NCBI GenBank assembly: GCA_050117845.1
Contig: JASFLY010000012.1
Location: 1-64,000 of the forward strand
Source of the DNA: Candidatus Zixiibacteriota bacterium
GTDB taxonomy: Bacteria > RBG-13-66-14 > B26-G2 > WVWN01
DNA: 64,000 nt
Direction: 5' to 3'
The position numbers and the translations under genes are program-made. The notes under the pieces were generated by a model. It made no database searches. It had not been told where the DNA came from and was given only the letters and a program-made list of their open reading frames with translations. This document shows positions 19,441 through 28,901 of this stretch, piece by piece. The number at the start of each line of letters is the position of its first letter. Position 1 is the first letter of the stretch.

Positions 19441-20301
19441 TCACAGGTATTTCGAGATAATCGGCCCGAGCTTCTTTTTAATCTCTTCCGGAACGAGGGC
19501 CGGGTCGGTGGTTACGGCGCCGCGGAGGGCGTTGTGGCAATCGCACTCGTCGAGGGCGGCGAGGCCGGGCAGAACGTCCGCCACCACGGCCTTGACGTTC
19601 TCGACGTTTGTCCGTACGGTATCGAGCACCATTTCGATGTTCACGTCCTCGGCCTCGAACCAGCAGTCGTAATCGGTCACGAGGGCCACGGTGGCGTAGC
19701 ACATCTCGGCCTCGCGGGCCAGCTTGGCCTCGGTGGCGCTGGTCATGCCTATAACGTCGAATCCGAGTTGGCGGTAGACGCCCGACTCGGCGCGGGTCGA
19801 GAACTGCGGCCCCTCCATACATATATACGTGCCGCGGCCGTGCACCGGGACGCCCCGCTGTTCGCAGGCCGCGACAGCCAGCTCCCGGACGCGATTGCAA
19901 TAGGGGTCCGCGAGCGGGATGTGCACCGTAAGGCCCGGCGCGTCGAAGAAGGTCGAGACGCGATGCTTGGTATTGTCGTAGAACTGGTCGGGCACGACGA
20001 ACTCGCGCGGCCTGATTTCCGTTTTGAGGCTGCCGACGGCGGACACGCTCAGGACGCGGTCTACGCCGAGGGACTTGAGCGCCCACGTATTCGCCCGGAA
20101 GTTGATAGCGCCGGCGGGCGTGAAGTGGCCCACGCCGTGGCGCGGGAGGAATATAACCGGCGCGCCACCGAACTCGCCGATTACGAATTCGCCCGTGGGG
20201 TCGCCGAAGGGCGTTTCCACCCGCTTCTTTTCGCGAACGTCGAAACCCTCTATTTCGTACAGGCCGGAGCCGCCGATTACGGCCGTCGCCGTAGAGTCCA
20301 A
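19441..20301 (-). CDS. mtnP: S-methyl-5'-thioadenosine phosphorylase
   Basis: IGGSG, PRHG, SAVGSL, EGPQFSTRAES, GMT, VTDYD. Confidence 0.93.
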   Translation of the reverse strand: MDSTATAVIGGSGLYEIEGFDVREKKRVETPFGDPTGEFVIGEFGGAPVIFLPRHGVGHFTPAGAINFRANTWALKSLGVDRVLSVSAVGSLKTEIRPREFVVPDQFYDNTKHRVSTFFDAPGLTVHIPLADPYCNRVRELAVAACEQRGVPVHGRGTYICMEGPQFSTRAESGVYRQLGFDVIGMTSATEAKLAREAEMCYATVALVTDYDCWFEAEDVNIEMVLDTVRTNVENVKAVVADVLPGLAALDECDCHNALRGAVTTDPALVPEEIKKKLGPIISKYL

Positions 20302-20328
20302 AACCTTAACCTCCTGAAACGAGAGAAC

Positions 20329-21198
20329 TTACCATCGGGTGGGGATGACGGATTGCGTGCCGAAGTAAAAGGTCGCGTATCGCGGGACGGGATGGGAATA
20401 GCCGTTGATGTGGTAGGACTTGCCGAAGACCGGATAGAGCAGGCCGGCCTCGAGGCGAACGTTGTCGTCTACTATATACTGCATGCGGGGCCCGAACCAG
20501 AACAGCCTCGTTTTAACGGTCCCGAGGCCCGCGTACGTACCGACGGAGAGGCCCCCCACCCAGCGTTCGTCGTCGTCCAGCGCCCAACAGGGGTCGGCCA
20601 GGAGATAGGCCGAGATGCCCGGCTCCTCGAAGAAGCGATCGCTGTCCATGTCCTGACGGAAGCCCACCTGGGCGTCGAGCTGGAAGGTGCCGCCGCGCCG
20701 GTCGTAGAAACCGACCGCGGCCACGTCGACGGCGTTCCCCGCGTCGGAGAAGGCGTTACTTGTGTCGCCCGGGAAACGGATGCCGAGGCGCGGCCCCATG
20801 CGGAACTCGCCGCCCTCTTTCGTGTACCAGATGCCCTTGCCGGAGAGCCATACGTCGCCCAGGCCGTTCTCGAAAGCCCCCGTATCGTGGTCGTGCCAGT
20901 TCACGCCGTGGAGGACCAGGTCGGCTTCCCAGTGGCGGTCGAAGACCCAACCGATTTTGGCCCGGCCCACGAACACCGTCGTGGCGTCGCCGCCGCTAAC
21001 GTAACCGCCGTCGGCGTCGAAGGCCCCCCCGGCGTAGCCGTAGGATAGGTGGCCGTCGGCCCTTATGGAGTGAATTTGCTCTTCGCGGGCGGAATCGAAG
21101 CTGGCCAGCGGCTCCAGCGGCGCGAAACCGTAGTACGCGGCCGCCACGGCAGGCCATATAAGGCCTATAATTATCAAGGCTTTCGTACGCATAAGCAT
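20329..21198 (-). CDS. Hypothetical outer-membrane beta-barrel protein
   Basis: Signal peptide beginning at ATG 21198 or 21192, GLGD motif, amphipathic strands, terminal Trp. Confidence 0.65.
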   Translation of the reverse strand: MLMRTKALIIIGLIWPAVAAAYYGFAPLEPLASFDSAREEQIHSIRADGHLSYGYAGGAFDADGGYVSGGDATTVFVGRAKIGWVFDRHWEADLVLHGVNWHDHDTGAFENGLGDVWLSGKGIWYTKEGGEFRMGPRLGIRFPGDTSNAFSDAGNAVDVAAVGFYDRRGGTFQLDAQVGFRQDMDSDRFFEEPGISAYLLADPCWALDDDERWVGGLSVGTYAGLGTVKTRLFWFGPRMQYIVDDNVRLEAGLLYPVFGKSYHINGYSHPVPRYATFYFGTQSVIPTRW

Positions 21199-21217
21199 AT
21201 CGACGTAAAAGCCGTAT

Positions 21218-21246
21218 ATTATAAGGCATTCGCGGCCTACAATCAA
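21218..21246 (-). promoter_or_regulatory. sigma70 promoter of the long minus-strand gene run
   Basis: TTGATT-17 bp-TATAAT. Confidence 0.65.
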
Positions 21247-21432
21247 GGGAAACCGGCCGCAGCCGTGGGAGGAACGGGGAAACGCCGTACGGCGTCAGCA
21301 CCTAAATCCGCCGACAGGAACGTCGGCGCCACCGGCGGCCGTAAAGGCCGCCGCTCCGAATATTAATTTATAAATACGCGACAACGCCGGGACGCTGGTT
21401 CGGCGGCCCCGAAGGCCGCCGCGTCTTTCATT
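21247..21432 (+). ncRNA. Candidate structured RNA (cluster of hairpins, GGA-rich)
   Basis: Five stem-loops or palindromes in about 185 nt, two with GGA in the loop; TACAAT at 21238-21243. Confidence 0.25.
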
Positions 21433-21438
21433 CATAAA

Positions 21439-21467
21439 TTGCGCCCGGGCGGGTTTTTTCGTATAAT
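21439..21467 (+). promoter_or_regulatory. sigma70 promoter of ruvX, near-leaderless
   Basis: TTGCGC-17 bp-TATAAT, 9 nt before the ATG, with no SD sequence. Confidence 0.6.
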
Positions 21468-21476
21468 ACGCGGCAT

Positions 21477-21908
21477 ATGAAGGCGTTGGGCGTAGACTGG
21501 GGCGGGGCCCGCATCGGCCTGGCGGTATCGGACGATACCGGCACCATCGCGTCCCCGTACAAGGTTATCCCCAACGACGAGCGCGCGGCCGGGGCCGTCG
21601 TGAACGCGGCCTCGGTGACCGGCGCCCAGGAGATAGTCGTCGGCTACCCGCTTACGCTCACGGGCGAGGAAGGCCCGGCGGCGGAACGGGTCCAGGCGTT
21701 CGCCCGCGAACTCCAGGGCCGGGTATCGGTTCCGGTCAAACTGGTGGACGAGCGGTTCTCGACGAAGAACGCCGAGGAGCGCCTGCGGGCGGCGGGCGCC
21801 TCCCGCGAAAAGATAAAGAAAACGGCCGACGCCGCGGCGGCGGCCCTGATACTCCAGACCTACCTCGACGTCAGCAAAAGAGGACGTACGGGCGACCCGA
21901 CGGACTAG
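21477..21908 (+). CDS. ruvX: YqgF/RuvX RNase H-fold nuclease
   Basis: LGVDWG..RIGLAVSD, IVVGYP, VDERFST, D..AA.LILQ.YL. Confidence 0.93.
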   Translation: MKALGVDWGGARIGLAVSDDTGTIASPYKVIPNDERAAGAVVNAASVTGAQEIVVGYPLTLTGEEGPAAERVQAFARELQGRVSVPVKLVDERFSTKNAEERLRAAGASREKIKKTADAAAAALILQTYLDVSKRGRTGDPTD

Positions 21909-22846
21909 TCGGCCGCCACCTTCCCCTTAAACCATTCTATCGTTTGCGCCAGGCCCTCCTGCACGGGGACCCGGGGTTCCCATCCCAGGAACTCGTTCGC
22001 CCGGCCTATGTCGGGCTTGCGGCGCCGGGGGTCGTCGATGGGCAACGGCTCGTAAACTATCTCCAGAGCCGGGTCCACCGCGTCGCGAATCATCTCCGCC
22101 ATCGAAAGAATCGTTATCTCTTCGGGGTTGCCGACGTTGACCGGATCCGTCACGTCGGACTCGAGGAGCGCCAGCATCCCGTCCACCATGTCGCCTACGT
22201 AGCAGAAGGAGCGCGTCTGCGAACCGTCGCCGTAGACGGTCAGCGGCTCTCCGGCGAGGGCCTGTGACACGAGGTTGGGTATGAGGCGGCCGTCGGCCGG
22301 CCTCATGCGAGGGCCGTAGGTGTTGAAGATGCGGATGACGCGGGCGTCGAGGCCGCGGTAGCGCCGAAAGGCCGCGACCATCGCCTCGCCGAAGCGCTTC
22401 GCCTCGTCGTACACGGAACGGGGGCCGGTGGCGTTGACGTGGCCCCAGTAGTCCTCGTTCTGCGGGTGGACTTCCGGGTCGCCGTAGACCTCGCTGGTGG
22501 AGGCGAAGAAGAAGCGGGCCCCTTTGCTCAGGGCCAGATCCGCGGCGAGACGCGTCCCCTCGGAGTTGACCGCCATAATCTCGAACGGGAGGCGCTCGAA
22601 GTCTATGGGGCTCGCGGGGCTCGCGATGTGCATTACGAAGTCGGCCGGCCCGTCCACGTCGTAAGGCCGGGAGACGTCGGTTTCCCTGAATTCGAAGCCG
22701 TCGTAGGCTTCCAACAAACCCACGTTAGCCGGGTCGCCGGTGGAGAGGTTATCGAGGACGATAACCCCGTGGCCTTCGGTCAGTAAGCGTTCGACCAGGT
22801 GGGAGCCTATGAACCCGGCCCCGCCGGTAATTATATAACGAGCCAT
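21905..22846 (-). CDS. UDP-glucuronate decarboxylase (UDP-xylose synthase)-like SDR
   Basis: TGGAGFIGSHL, ASPASP, STSEVYGDP..HPQ.E.YWG.VN, YDEAKR, DDP.RRKPDI. Confidence 0.9.
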   Translation of the reverse strand: MARYIITGGAGFIGSHLVERLLTEGHGVIVLDNLSTGDPANVGLLEAYDGFEFRETDVSRPYDVDGPADFVMHIASPASPIDFERLPFEIMAVNSEGTRLAADLALSKGARFFFASTSEVYGDPEVHPQNEDYWGHVNATGPRSVYDEAKRFGEAMVAAFRRYRGLDARVIRIFNTYGPRMRPADGRLIPNLVSQALAGEPLTVYGDGSQTRSFCYVGDMVDGMLALLESDVTDPVNVGNPEEITILSMAEMIRDAVDPALEIVYEPLPIDDPRRRKPDIGRANEFLGWEPRVPVQEGLAQTIEWFKGKVAAD

Positions 22847-22878
22847 TTTAAACCTTTCTAATTTCCCTACACGGTTCT

Positions 22879-22908
22879 ACGGAAGGCCGAAGCCGGCCTT
22901 CCGTTTTT
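22879..22908 (+). terminator. Hairpin with plus-strand T-tract, lying inside a minus-strand operon
   Basis: ACGGAAGGCCG-aagc-CGGCCTTCCGT-TTTT. Confidence 0.55.
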
Positions 22909-22929
22909 AAGTCTCGCGTCCGAAACCGC

Positions 22930-24231
22930 TTACGATTCGTTGCGGCGACCCACGCCGAAGTACTCCAGGCCGGCGGCCTTGACCTTCGCGGGGTCGTAGA
23001 TGTTGCGGCCGTCGAATATAAGCGGCTGCTTCATATCCTTTATCAACGTCTTGAAATTCGGCTCCTTGAACTCGTTCCAGTCCGTCACGACCGCCAGGGC
23101 GTCGGCGCCCTCCACCGCCGCGTAGGCGTTCGCGGTGTACTCTACGTCGGGCATGACCTCCCGGGCGTCGTCCATGGCCACGGGGTCGAAGGCCGCCACC
23201 GCGGCGCCGGCCGCGAGCAGTTTCTCTATGATGCCCAGGGCCGGGGACTCACGGATGTCGTCGGTGTTGGGCTTGAAGGACAGCCCCCACACCGCGATTT
23301 TCTTGCCGTTGAGGTCGCCCAGGCGATTCATTATCTTCTCCACGAAGAGGTCGCGCTGGACCTCGTTCACGTCCACGACGGCCTTGAGGATTTTAAAGTC
23401 GTAGCCGGCCTTGGTCGCGATGTCCACGAGGGCGAGAGTATCCTTGGGGAAACACGAACCGCCGAAACCGACGCCGGCGCCGAAGAAGGCCGGGTTTATG
23501 CGGCCGTCCTTCGTTACGCCCTCGACGACCTCCCGGACGTCCGCGCCCACGCGCTCGCAGATGTTGGCTATCTCGTTGATGAAGGAGATCTTGAGAGCCA
23601 GGAAAGCGTTGGACGTATACTTAATCATCTCGGCCGAGAGGACGTCGGTGATGATGATGGGACCGTCGAGGGGCGCGTAGAGCTCGGCTACCATCTCGCC
23701 GGCCGCCGGATTGGAACAGCCGATGACGACGCGGTCGGGCTGCATGAAGTCGTGGATGGCCGACCCCTCGCGAAGGAACTCGGGATTCGAAACGACGTCA
23801 TACGAGTACTCGCCGCCCGATTTCCCGGCGATAATCTGGCTCACGACGTCGCCGGTGCCCACCGGAACGGTGGACTTGTTGACGACGACGCGGTAACCGT
23901 CCATGACCTCGCCGATAGTCTCGGCCACGGAGCGCACCTGGCTCAGGTCCGCCTCGCCGTCCGGGCCCGGAGGCGTTCCGACGGCGATAAAAATTATCTT
24001 CGACTTCTTGACCGCTTCGCCCACGTTGTCGGTGAAGGACAGACGGCCGACCTTGGCGTTGGTCTTGACGATTTCGACCAGGCCCGGTTCGAAGATGGGC
24101 GTCTCACCCCGATTCAACATTTCAACTTTGCGGGTGTCGATGTCCGCGCAAATAACCTGGTTCCCAAGGTCGGCGAAGCACGCCCCGGTAACCAAACCCA
24201 CGTAACCGGTTCCTACAACCGCAACTCTCAT
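22930..24231 (-). CDS. ugd: UDP-glucose 6-dehydrogenase
   Basis: GTGYVGL, KSTVPVGT, SNPEFLREG, GFGGSCFPKD, FKPNTDD.RES. Confidence 0.95.
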   Translation of the reverse strand: MRVAVVGTGYVGLVTGACFADLGNQVICADIDTRKVEMLNRGETPIFEPGLVEIVKTNAKVGRLSFTDNVGEAVKKSKIIFIAVGTPPGPDGEADLSQVRSVAETIGEVMDGYRVVVNKSTVPVGTGDVVSQIIAGKSGGEYSYDVVSNPEFLREGSAIHDFMQPDRVVIGCSNPAAGEMVAELYAPLDGPIIITDVLSAEMIKYTSNAFLALKISFINEIANICERVGADVREVVEGVTKDGRINPAFFGAGVGFGGSCFPKDTLALVDIATKAGYDFKILKAVVDVNEVQRDLFVEKIMNRLGDLNGKKIAVWGLSFKPNTDDIRESPALGIIEKLLAAGAAVAAFDPVAMDDAREVMPDVEYTANAYAAVEGADALAVVTDWNEFKEPNFKTLIKDMKQPLIFDGRNIYDPAKVKAAGLEYFGVGRRNES

Positions 24232-25178
24232 ATTCTCTCGCTCCAGTAATCCAATATGTCGGAAAGCGTCTGGTCGAACGGTATCTCCGGACGCCAGCCG
24301 GTCTGTTTCGTTATCTTAGTGTTATCGCCGATGAGCAGGGGCACGTCGGACGGACGGAGCCGCTCCGGGTCCACCTCGACCTTGACGTCCGCACCCGACA
24401 GTTCTACCAACTTCTCGACGACCTCCCGGATGCTGTATCCCTTACCCGAGCATATATTATAAACTTCGCCGCCCTCGGCCGCCTCCAACGCGCGCCAGTA
24501 CGCCCGCACGGTGTCCCGCACGTCCGTAAAATCGCGTACGGCGTCGAGGTTGCCCACGCTGACGTGAGGCCGCAAACCCTTGCGGGCCTCGATTATCTGG
24601 ATGGCGAAGTTGGAGCATACGAAAACCCGGCCGCGCCGCGGCCCGGTGTGATTGAACGCCCGGGTCCGCACCACGTCGGTCCCGTACGATTTGAAATATT
24701 GATAGGACAACATATCCTGGCCCACCTTGCTCACGCCGTAGGGGCTCAAGGGCCGGAGGGGATTGTCCTCCGTAATCGGCACTTCCTCGGGCGCCACGAA
24801 TCCGTACTCCTCCGAGGAACAGGCCACGAGGATACGGGGTTCGTATTTCGCCCGGCGCACCGCCTCGAAGATGTTAACCGTTCCGACGATGTTGGTGGTC
24901 AGCGTCTCGGACGGTAGTTTCCAACTCGAGACGACGTACGACTGGGCGGCGAGGTGGAATATTTTATCCGGTTTGATATCCGCCACCAGCGACTCGACCG
25001 AGGACGCGTCCCGCAGGTCCGCGTCGATGACGGTGATGCGGTCGGAGATGTGTTCGATGTTCTGGCTGGGGCTGCGCCAGCGCGCCGTCCCGTAAACCTC
25101 CACGTCACCCAGGGCCAGAGCGTAATCGGCCAGGTGACTGCCGGCGAAGCCGGTTATCCCCGTTATTAAAATTTTCAT
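24228..25178 (-). CDS. GDP-mannose 4,6-dehydratase / GDP-4-keto-6-deoxymannose reductase (Rmd-like) SDR
   Basis: TGITGFAG, HLAAQS.V..SW, SPYGVSK, FNHTGP, GNLDAVRDF.DVRD. Confidence 0.85.
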   Translation of the reverse strand: MKILITGITGFAGSHLADYALALGDVEVYGTARWRSPSQNIEHISDRITVIDADLRDASSVESLVADIKPDKIFHLAAQSYVVSSWKLPSETLTTNIVGTVNIFEAVRRAKYEPRILVACSSEEYGFVAPEEVPITEDNPLRPLSPYGVSKVGQDMLSYQYFKSYGTDVVRTRAFNHTGPRRGRVFVCSNFAIQIIEARKGLRPHVSVGNLDAVRDFTDVRDTVRAYWRALEAAEGGEVYNICSGKGYSIREVVEKLVELSGADVKVEVDPERLRPSDVPLLIGDNTKITKQTGWRPEIPFDQTLSDILDYWSERI

Positions 25179-27601
25179 TTCGACCTTCCCTTGAGATTGG
25201 CTACGAGACGCCGCGCGACGTGTGCCGCGGCCACGGCGTCCCGGGCGTACGCCGCCCCGATCCTCTTGGCGTAATCCTCGGTTACGACGGCCCCGCCCAC
25301 GAGAAGCCGGGCCTTAATTTTATTTTCGCTTAACGCCCCCGCGACCCTGCCCATCTCGGGCATCGTCGTCGTCATAAGAGCCGATAGCGCGACGATGTCG
25401 GCCTCCTGCTCCCGGGCCGCGGCCACGATGCGCGCCACCGAAACGCTCTTGCCCAAATCGCGAACGTCAAAACCGTGGCTTTTCAGGACGGCGCCGACTA
25501 TGTTCTTGCCGATGTCGTGTACGTCCCCCGCAACGGTGGCGACGACGACGCGGCCGGCGGATCGGCTCGACGTTCGGGCCCGGCGCAACGCCTTCTCGAT
25601 TACGCCGAAAGCGTCCCGGCTCGCTTCCGCGGCGCGAACTACGTGTGGCAGGTAGTACTCGCCCCGCCCGTAGCGCCGCCCCACTTCCGCAAGCGCCGGC
25701 ACGACGTATTTGCTATTCAGCGTGAGCGGCGAGACGCCGGCGGTGAGGGCCCGTTCGGCCGCAGCTGCTGCTTCCTCCCGGCGACCGTGCAGAACGGCGT
25801 CGTAGAGCTCGTCGCCTGGGTCGGCCTTCCTCTTCGGCGTCGACGCTTTTTTCGCACGCCGGGCCGGTTTCGGCGCGAACGCCGCGGTATACGCCGCCAC
25901 TTCCTCGTCGCCGCCGGTCAATACCGATAAGCCGCGTATCGCCTCCGCCATCCGTTCGTCGAGGGGATCAACGATGGCGAGGTCGAGGCCGGCGCCGGCG
26001 GCGTACGTGAAGGCCGCGGCGTTTAGCACCTCCCGGCGCGGAAGGCCGTGAGAGACGTTACTCACACCCATAACCGTCCGAACGCCGAAGGTCTTCTTTA
26101 TCTCCCGAAGCGTCTCGAAGGTTACCCGGGCGCCGCCCTGAGCCGCCGTCAGCATGAGCGGGTCGATATATATGTCGCCCAGGGCGATGCCTTCGCTCAG
26201 CGCCCGGTCGACGAATTTCTCGACCAGCGTAAGCCGGGCCGTGACGCTCGAGGGGATGCCGCGAGCCCCCATCGCCAGGCCCACGACGCCGGCGCCCCAC
26301 TTCCGGGCAAGCGGGAGGAGTCGCGCCATCGACCGGCCTGAAGCGGGACAGCTGTCGAGAAGCGGCTTACCGACGGCGGCCTTGAGGCCCGCCTCCAGCG
26401 CGTCGGCCCGGGCCGAGTCCACGGATACGGGGGTATCCACGGCGGCCTGTACCGCCCGGACCGCGGCGGCCATCGTCACGGCCGCGCCGTCCCGGTCGCC
26501 CACGTTAACGTCAATTACGGACGCGCCGGCGGCGACCTGGGCCTCGGCCTCGCTCACGGCGAGGGTGAACTTCCCCCCGCCCAGTTGCCGCGTAAGTGCC
26601 TTCCGGCCGCTGGGATTGATCCGCTCCCCCACGATGACCGGCGCGCCCAGCCCCACGGCGACGACGCCCGTCCGGCCGGCGAGTACGGAGCGGCTCGCCC
26701 GCCGTGGCCTCCGGGGGGGCTTCACGCCGGCGAGGGCTTTGGCCGCGGCGCGGATATGCTCGGGGCCGGTGCCGCAACAACCGCCGACGATAGAGGCCCC
26801 GGCGGCAACGAGTTTCGGCACCCAGCCGGCGAATTGGGCCGGCGTTTGGCGGAAGACCGTCCGCCCCCGCACGAGACGCGGGAGGCCTGCGTTGGGCTCC
26901 GCGCATACCGGGACGTCGGCGACGGCCGCCATCTCCCGGATAATGGGTACGAGTTCGCGGGCCCCCACGGAGCAGTTGGCTCCCACGGCGTCTGCCCCGG
27001 CGGCCTGCAACGTTACCGCGGCGGCCTCGGGCGGCGTCCCGGTTACGGTACGGCCGCCCGCGTCGAAGGTCGCGAACGCGATTACGGGTCCGTCGAAAGC
27101 ATCGCGGGCCGCGACGACCGCGGCCTTGAGTTCCCGCAGGTCGGATATCGTCTCGATTACGAGGAGGTCGACGCCGGCGGCGACCAGGATTCTCGCCTGA
27201 CGGTGGAACTCCCGGTACGCCTCGTCGAAGGGCAGTTCCCCCACGGGCTCGACGTACTCGCCCAGCGGGCCGATATCGCCGGCTACGAGAGCATTGTCCC
27301 CGGCGGCCTCGCGGGCCACCGCGGCCGCGGCCCGGTTTATCTCGTCGGCCCGGGACGATAGTTTATACGGCGCGAGGCGCATCCGCGTGGCACCGAAAGT
27401 ATTGGTAAGTATTATGTCGGCCCCGGCCGCGACGTAAGCCTCGTGGCCCGCGCGAACGGCCTCCGGATTCGACAGGTTGAACTCGTCCGGCGCCGCGCCT
27501 GGCGGGAGGCCCCGCTCCTGGAGGAGCGTCCCCATCGCCCCGTCCAACAAAAGGACGCGGTCCCGGGCCATGAGCTTGAATTGTTCGCGCCTGAGTTTCA
27601 T
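25175..27601 (-). CDS. metH: Cobalamin-dependent methionine synthase (Hcy-binding, folate-binding and B12-binding domains; no reactivation domain)
   Basis: DGAMGT, NCS, GGCCGT, GERINP, GVSNVS.GLP, GDVHDIGKNIV, SALMTTT. Confidence 0.9.
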   Translation of the reverse strand: MKLRREQFKLMARDRVLLLDGAMGTLLQERGLPPGAAPDEFNLSNPEAVRAGHEAYVAAGADIILTNTFGATRMRLAPYKLSSRADEINRAAAAVAREAAGDNALVAGDIGPLGEYVEPVGELPFDEAYREFHRQARILVAAGVDLLVIETISDLRELKAAVVAARDAFDGPVIAFATFDAGGRTVTGTPPEAAAVTLQAAGADAVGANCSVGARELVPIIREMAAVADVPVCAEPNAGLPRLVRGRTVFRQTPAQFAGWVPKLVAAGASIVGGCCGTGPEHIRAAAKALAGVKPPRRPRRASRSVLAGRTGVVAVGLGAPVIVGERINPSGRKALTRQLGGGKFTLAVSEAEAQVAAGASVIDVNVGDRDGAAVTMAAAVRAVQAAVDTPVSVDSARADALEAGLKAAVGKPLLDSCPASGRSMARLLPLARKWGAGVVGLAMGARGIPSSVTARLTLVEKFVDRALSEGIALGDIYIDPLMLTAAQGGARVTFETLREIKKTFGVRTVMGVSNVSHGLPRREVLNAAAFTYAAGAGLDLAIVDPLDERMAEAIRGLSVLTGGDEEVAAYTAAFAPKPARRAKKASTPKRKADPGDELYDAVLHGRREEAAAAAERALTAGVSPLTLNSKYVVPALAEVGRRYGRGEYYLPHVVRAAEASRDAFGVIEKALRRARTSSRSAGRVVVATVAGDVHDIGKNIVGAVLKSHGFDVRDLGKSVSVARIVAAAREQEADIVALSALMTTTMPEMGRVAGALSENKIKARLLVGGAVVTEDYAKRIGAAYARDAVAAAHVARRLVANLKGRSK

Positions 27602-28195
27602 TTATTCCGCAGTTATCGCCGCCACCGCGCTAACGCTCTTGCGCGGCATCATCATGTAGTTTTCGGTCAGCGTAATACCAAGTTCCGTTCCGCCCGACAG
27701 CGCGAGGAGTTCGGCCTGACACGCGAGGTCGAAGTCGCCGTAGCCGGGGCTTATCCTCCGGCCGACGACCTCGCCGGCCGGCCGGCCCTCCTCCCTGGCC
27801 CGGCGGTGGACCCGGGAAACGAGTTCCTCCGCGGCGACGGAGCCCACGGCGTCGGCGACGGTCATCGCGAAAACCTCGCCCAGGGCGTCGTAGTCGGCGG
27901 CCAGCGCTTCGAGCGCTTCCCCCACCGTCGCGGCCATCGCCACGATGGTGGAGGCCCCGGACGTCAGTTTCGCCAGGTCGGCGCTGTGCCAGGCTACGCC
28001 GCCGTCCAGTTCCACCTCGTCCCCGCGGACGCGGATAACGGCCACGCGGCGGGAACTCCAACGGGGCGTCAGGACGTCGCGGGCCCGGCGGTAGGCCGAG
28101 TCGAAATCGGCCCTCAGGGCCGCGTCCCCCGCAGCCCCGGGTGACGGAACGCCGAGGCGCTTCCAGACGAGCGTTGCCTTAACCTCGAGTTCCAC
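27602..28195 (-). CDS. Stand-alone methionine synthase reactivation (AdoMet-binding) domain
   Basis: AATVG, RISPGYGD, GITLTE..MM.PRKSVSA; abuts metH. Confidence 0.85.
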   Translation of the reverse strand: MELEVKATLVWKRLGVPSPGAAGDAALRADFDSAYRRARDVLTPRWSSRRVAVIRVRGDEVELDGGVAWHSADLAKLTSGASTIVAMAATVGEALEALAADYDALGEVFAMTVADAVGSVAAEELVSRVHRRAREEGRPAGEVVGRRISPGYGDFDLACQAELLALSGGTELGITLTENYMMMPRKSVSAVAAITAE

Positions 28196-28745
28196 CGTCG
28201 TCCGGTTTCGCCTTCTTCTTGCGGTACCGCTCCTCTTCGCTGTAGATACAGCCGCAGTACCCTTGGACGTATATTTCCGCTTCCCGGGCGACGCGGCGAC
28301 TCTCGTCGTCGTCGGGCCGGAAGTCGCGGGCCAGGAATTGTACGCCGGCCTCCGCGGCCGCCCTTTCTCCGGCTTCGAGTATGGCCGGCTGGTCCTGATG
28401 GGGCGAGACGAGGAGCGTCGTCGTGAACGCTTCGTAGCCCGCCTCCCGCGCCCGGAGGGCGGTAACCGAAAGCCGCTCGAAGTAACACCGGGAACAGCGC
28501 CCCGCCCCCGAGGGACTAGCGACTTCGCGCAAGAAATAATCTATATCGTATCGGTCGTATACGTCGGCCCGGTATTCCTCCCGGGAGGCCACCTCTCGAA
28601 ACGCGGCTAGCCGTTTTCGGTATTCGCGGTAGGGTTGAACGTTAGGATTATACCAGAAAACGATTAGGTCGTGCCCCTCCGCTTCGAGCGCCCGAGCCGG
28701 CCCGGCCAGACAGCGGCCGCAACAAGCATGCAACATTACGCGCAT
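28179..28745 (-). CDS. queH: Epoxyqueuosine reductase QueH
   Basis: LHACC..C, YNPN.QP..EY, RC..CY..RL, TTLL.SP, Y.Q.YCGC.YS. Confidence 0.9.
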   Translation of the reverse strand: MRVMLHACCGRCLAGPARALEAEGHDLIVFWYNPNVQPYREYRKRLAAFREVASREEYRADVYDRYDIDYFLREVASPSGAGRCSRCYFERLSVTALRAREAGYEAFTTTLLVSPHQDQPAILEAGERAAAEAGVQFLARDFRPDDDESRRVAREAEIYVQGYCGCIYSEEERYRKKKAKPDDGGTRG

Positions 28746-28811
28746 TATAAACCCGAATTATATAATTACGCCCCGCCCTTTTCAAACCTTTTATTTTTGG
28801 GGGGGGTGGGG

Positions 28812-28840
28812 ATTATAACCGGCCAGGGGTGACAAGTCAA
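28812..28840 (-). promoter_or_regulatory. sigma70 promoter of the queH-metH-NDP-sugar run
   Basis: TTGACT-17 bp-TATAAT. Confidence 0.7.
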
Positions 28841-28901
28841 CCGGCCGATACGCCTTAATTTAACCTTGACTTCGCCCTCCCGGGGTGTTTGAATTATAAA
28901 C

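Noticed and set aside
28746..28900. Cobalamin or SAM riboswitch upstream of queH/metH
   Set aside because: The leader after the predicted promoter is only about 60 nt and lacks B12-box or S-box motifs.
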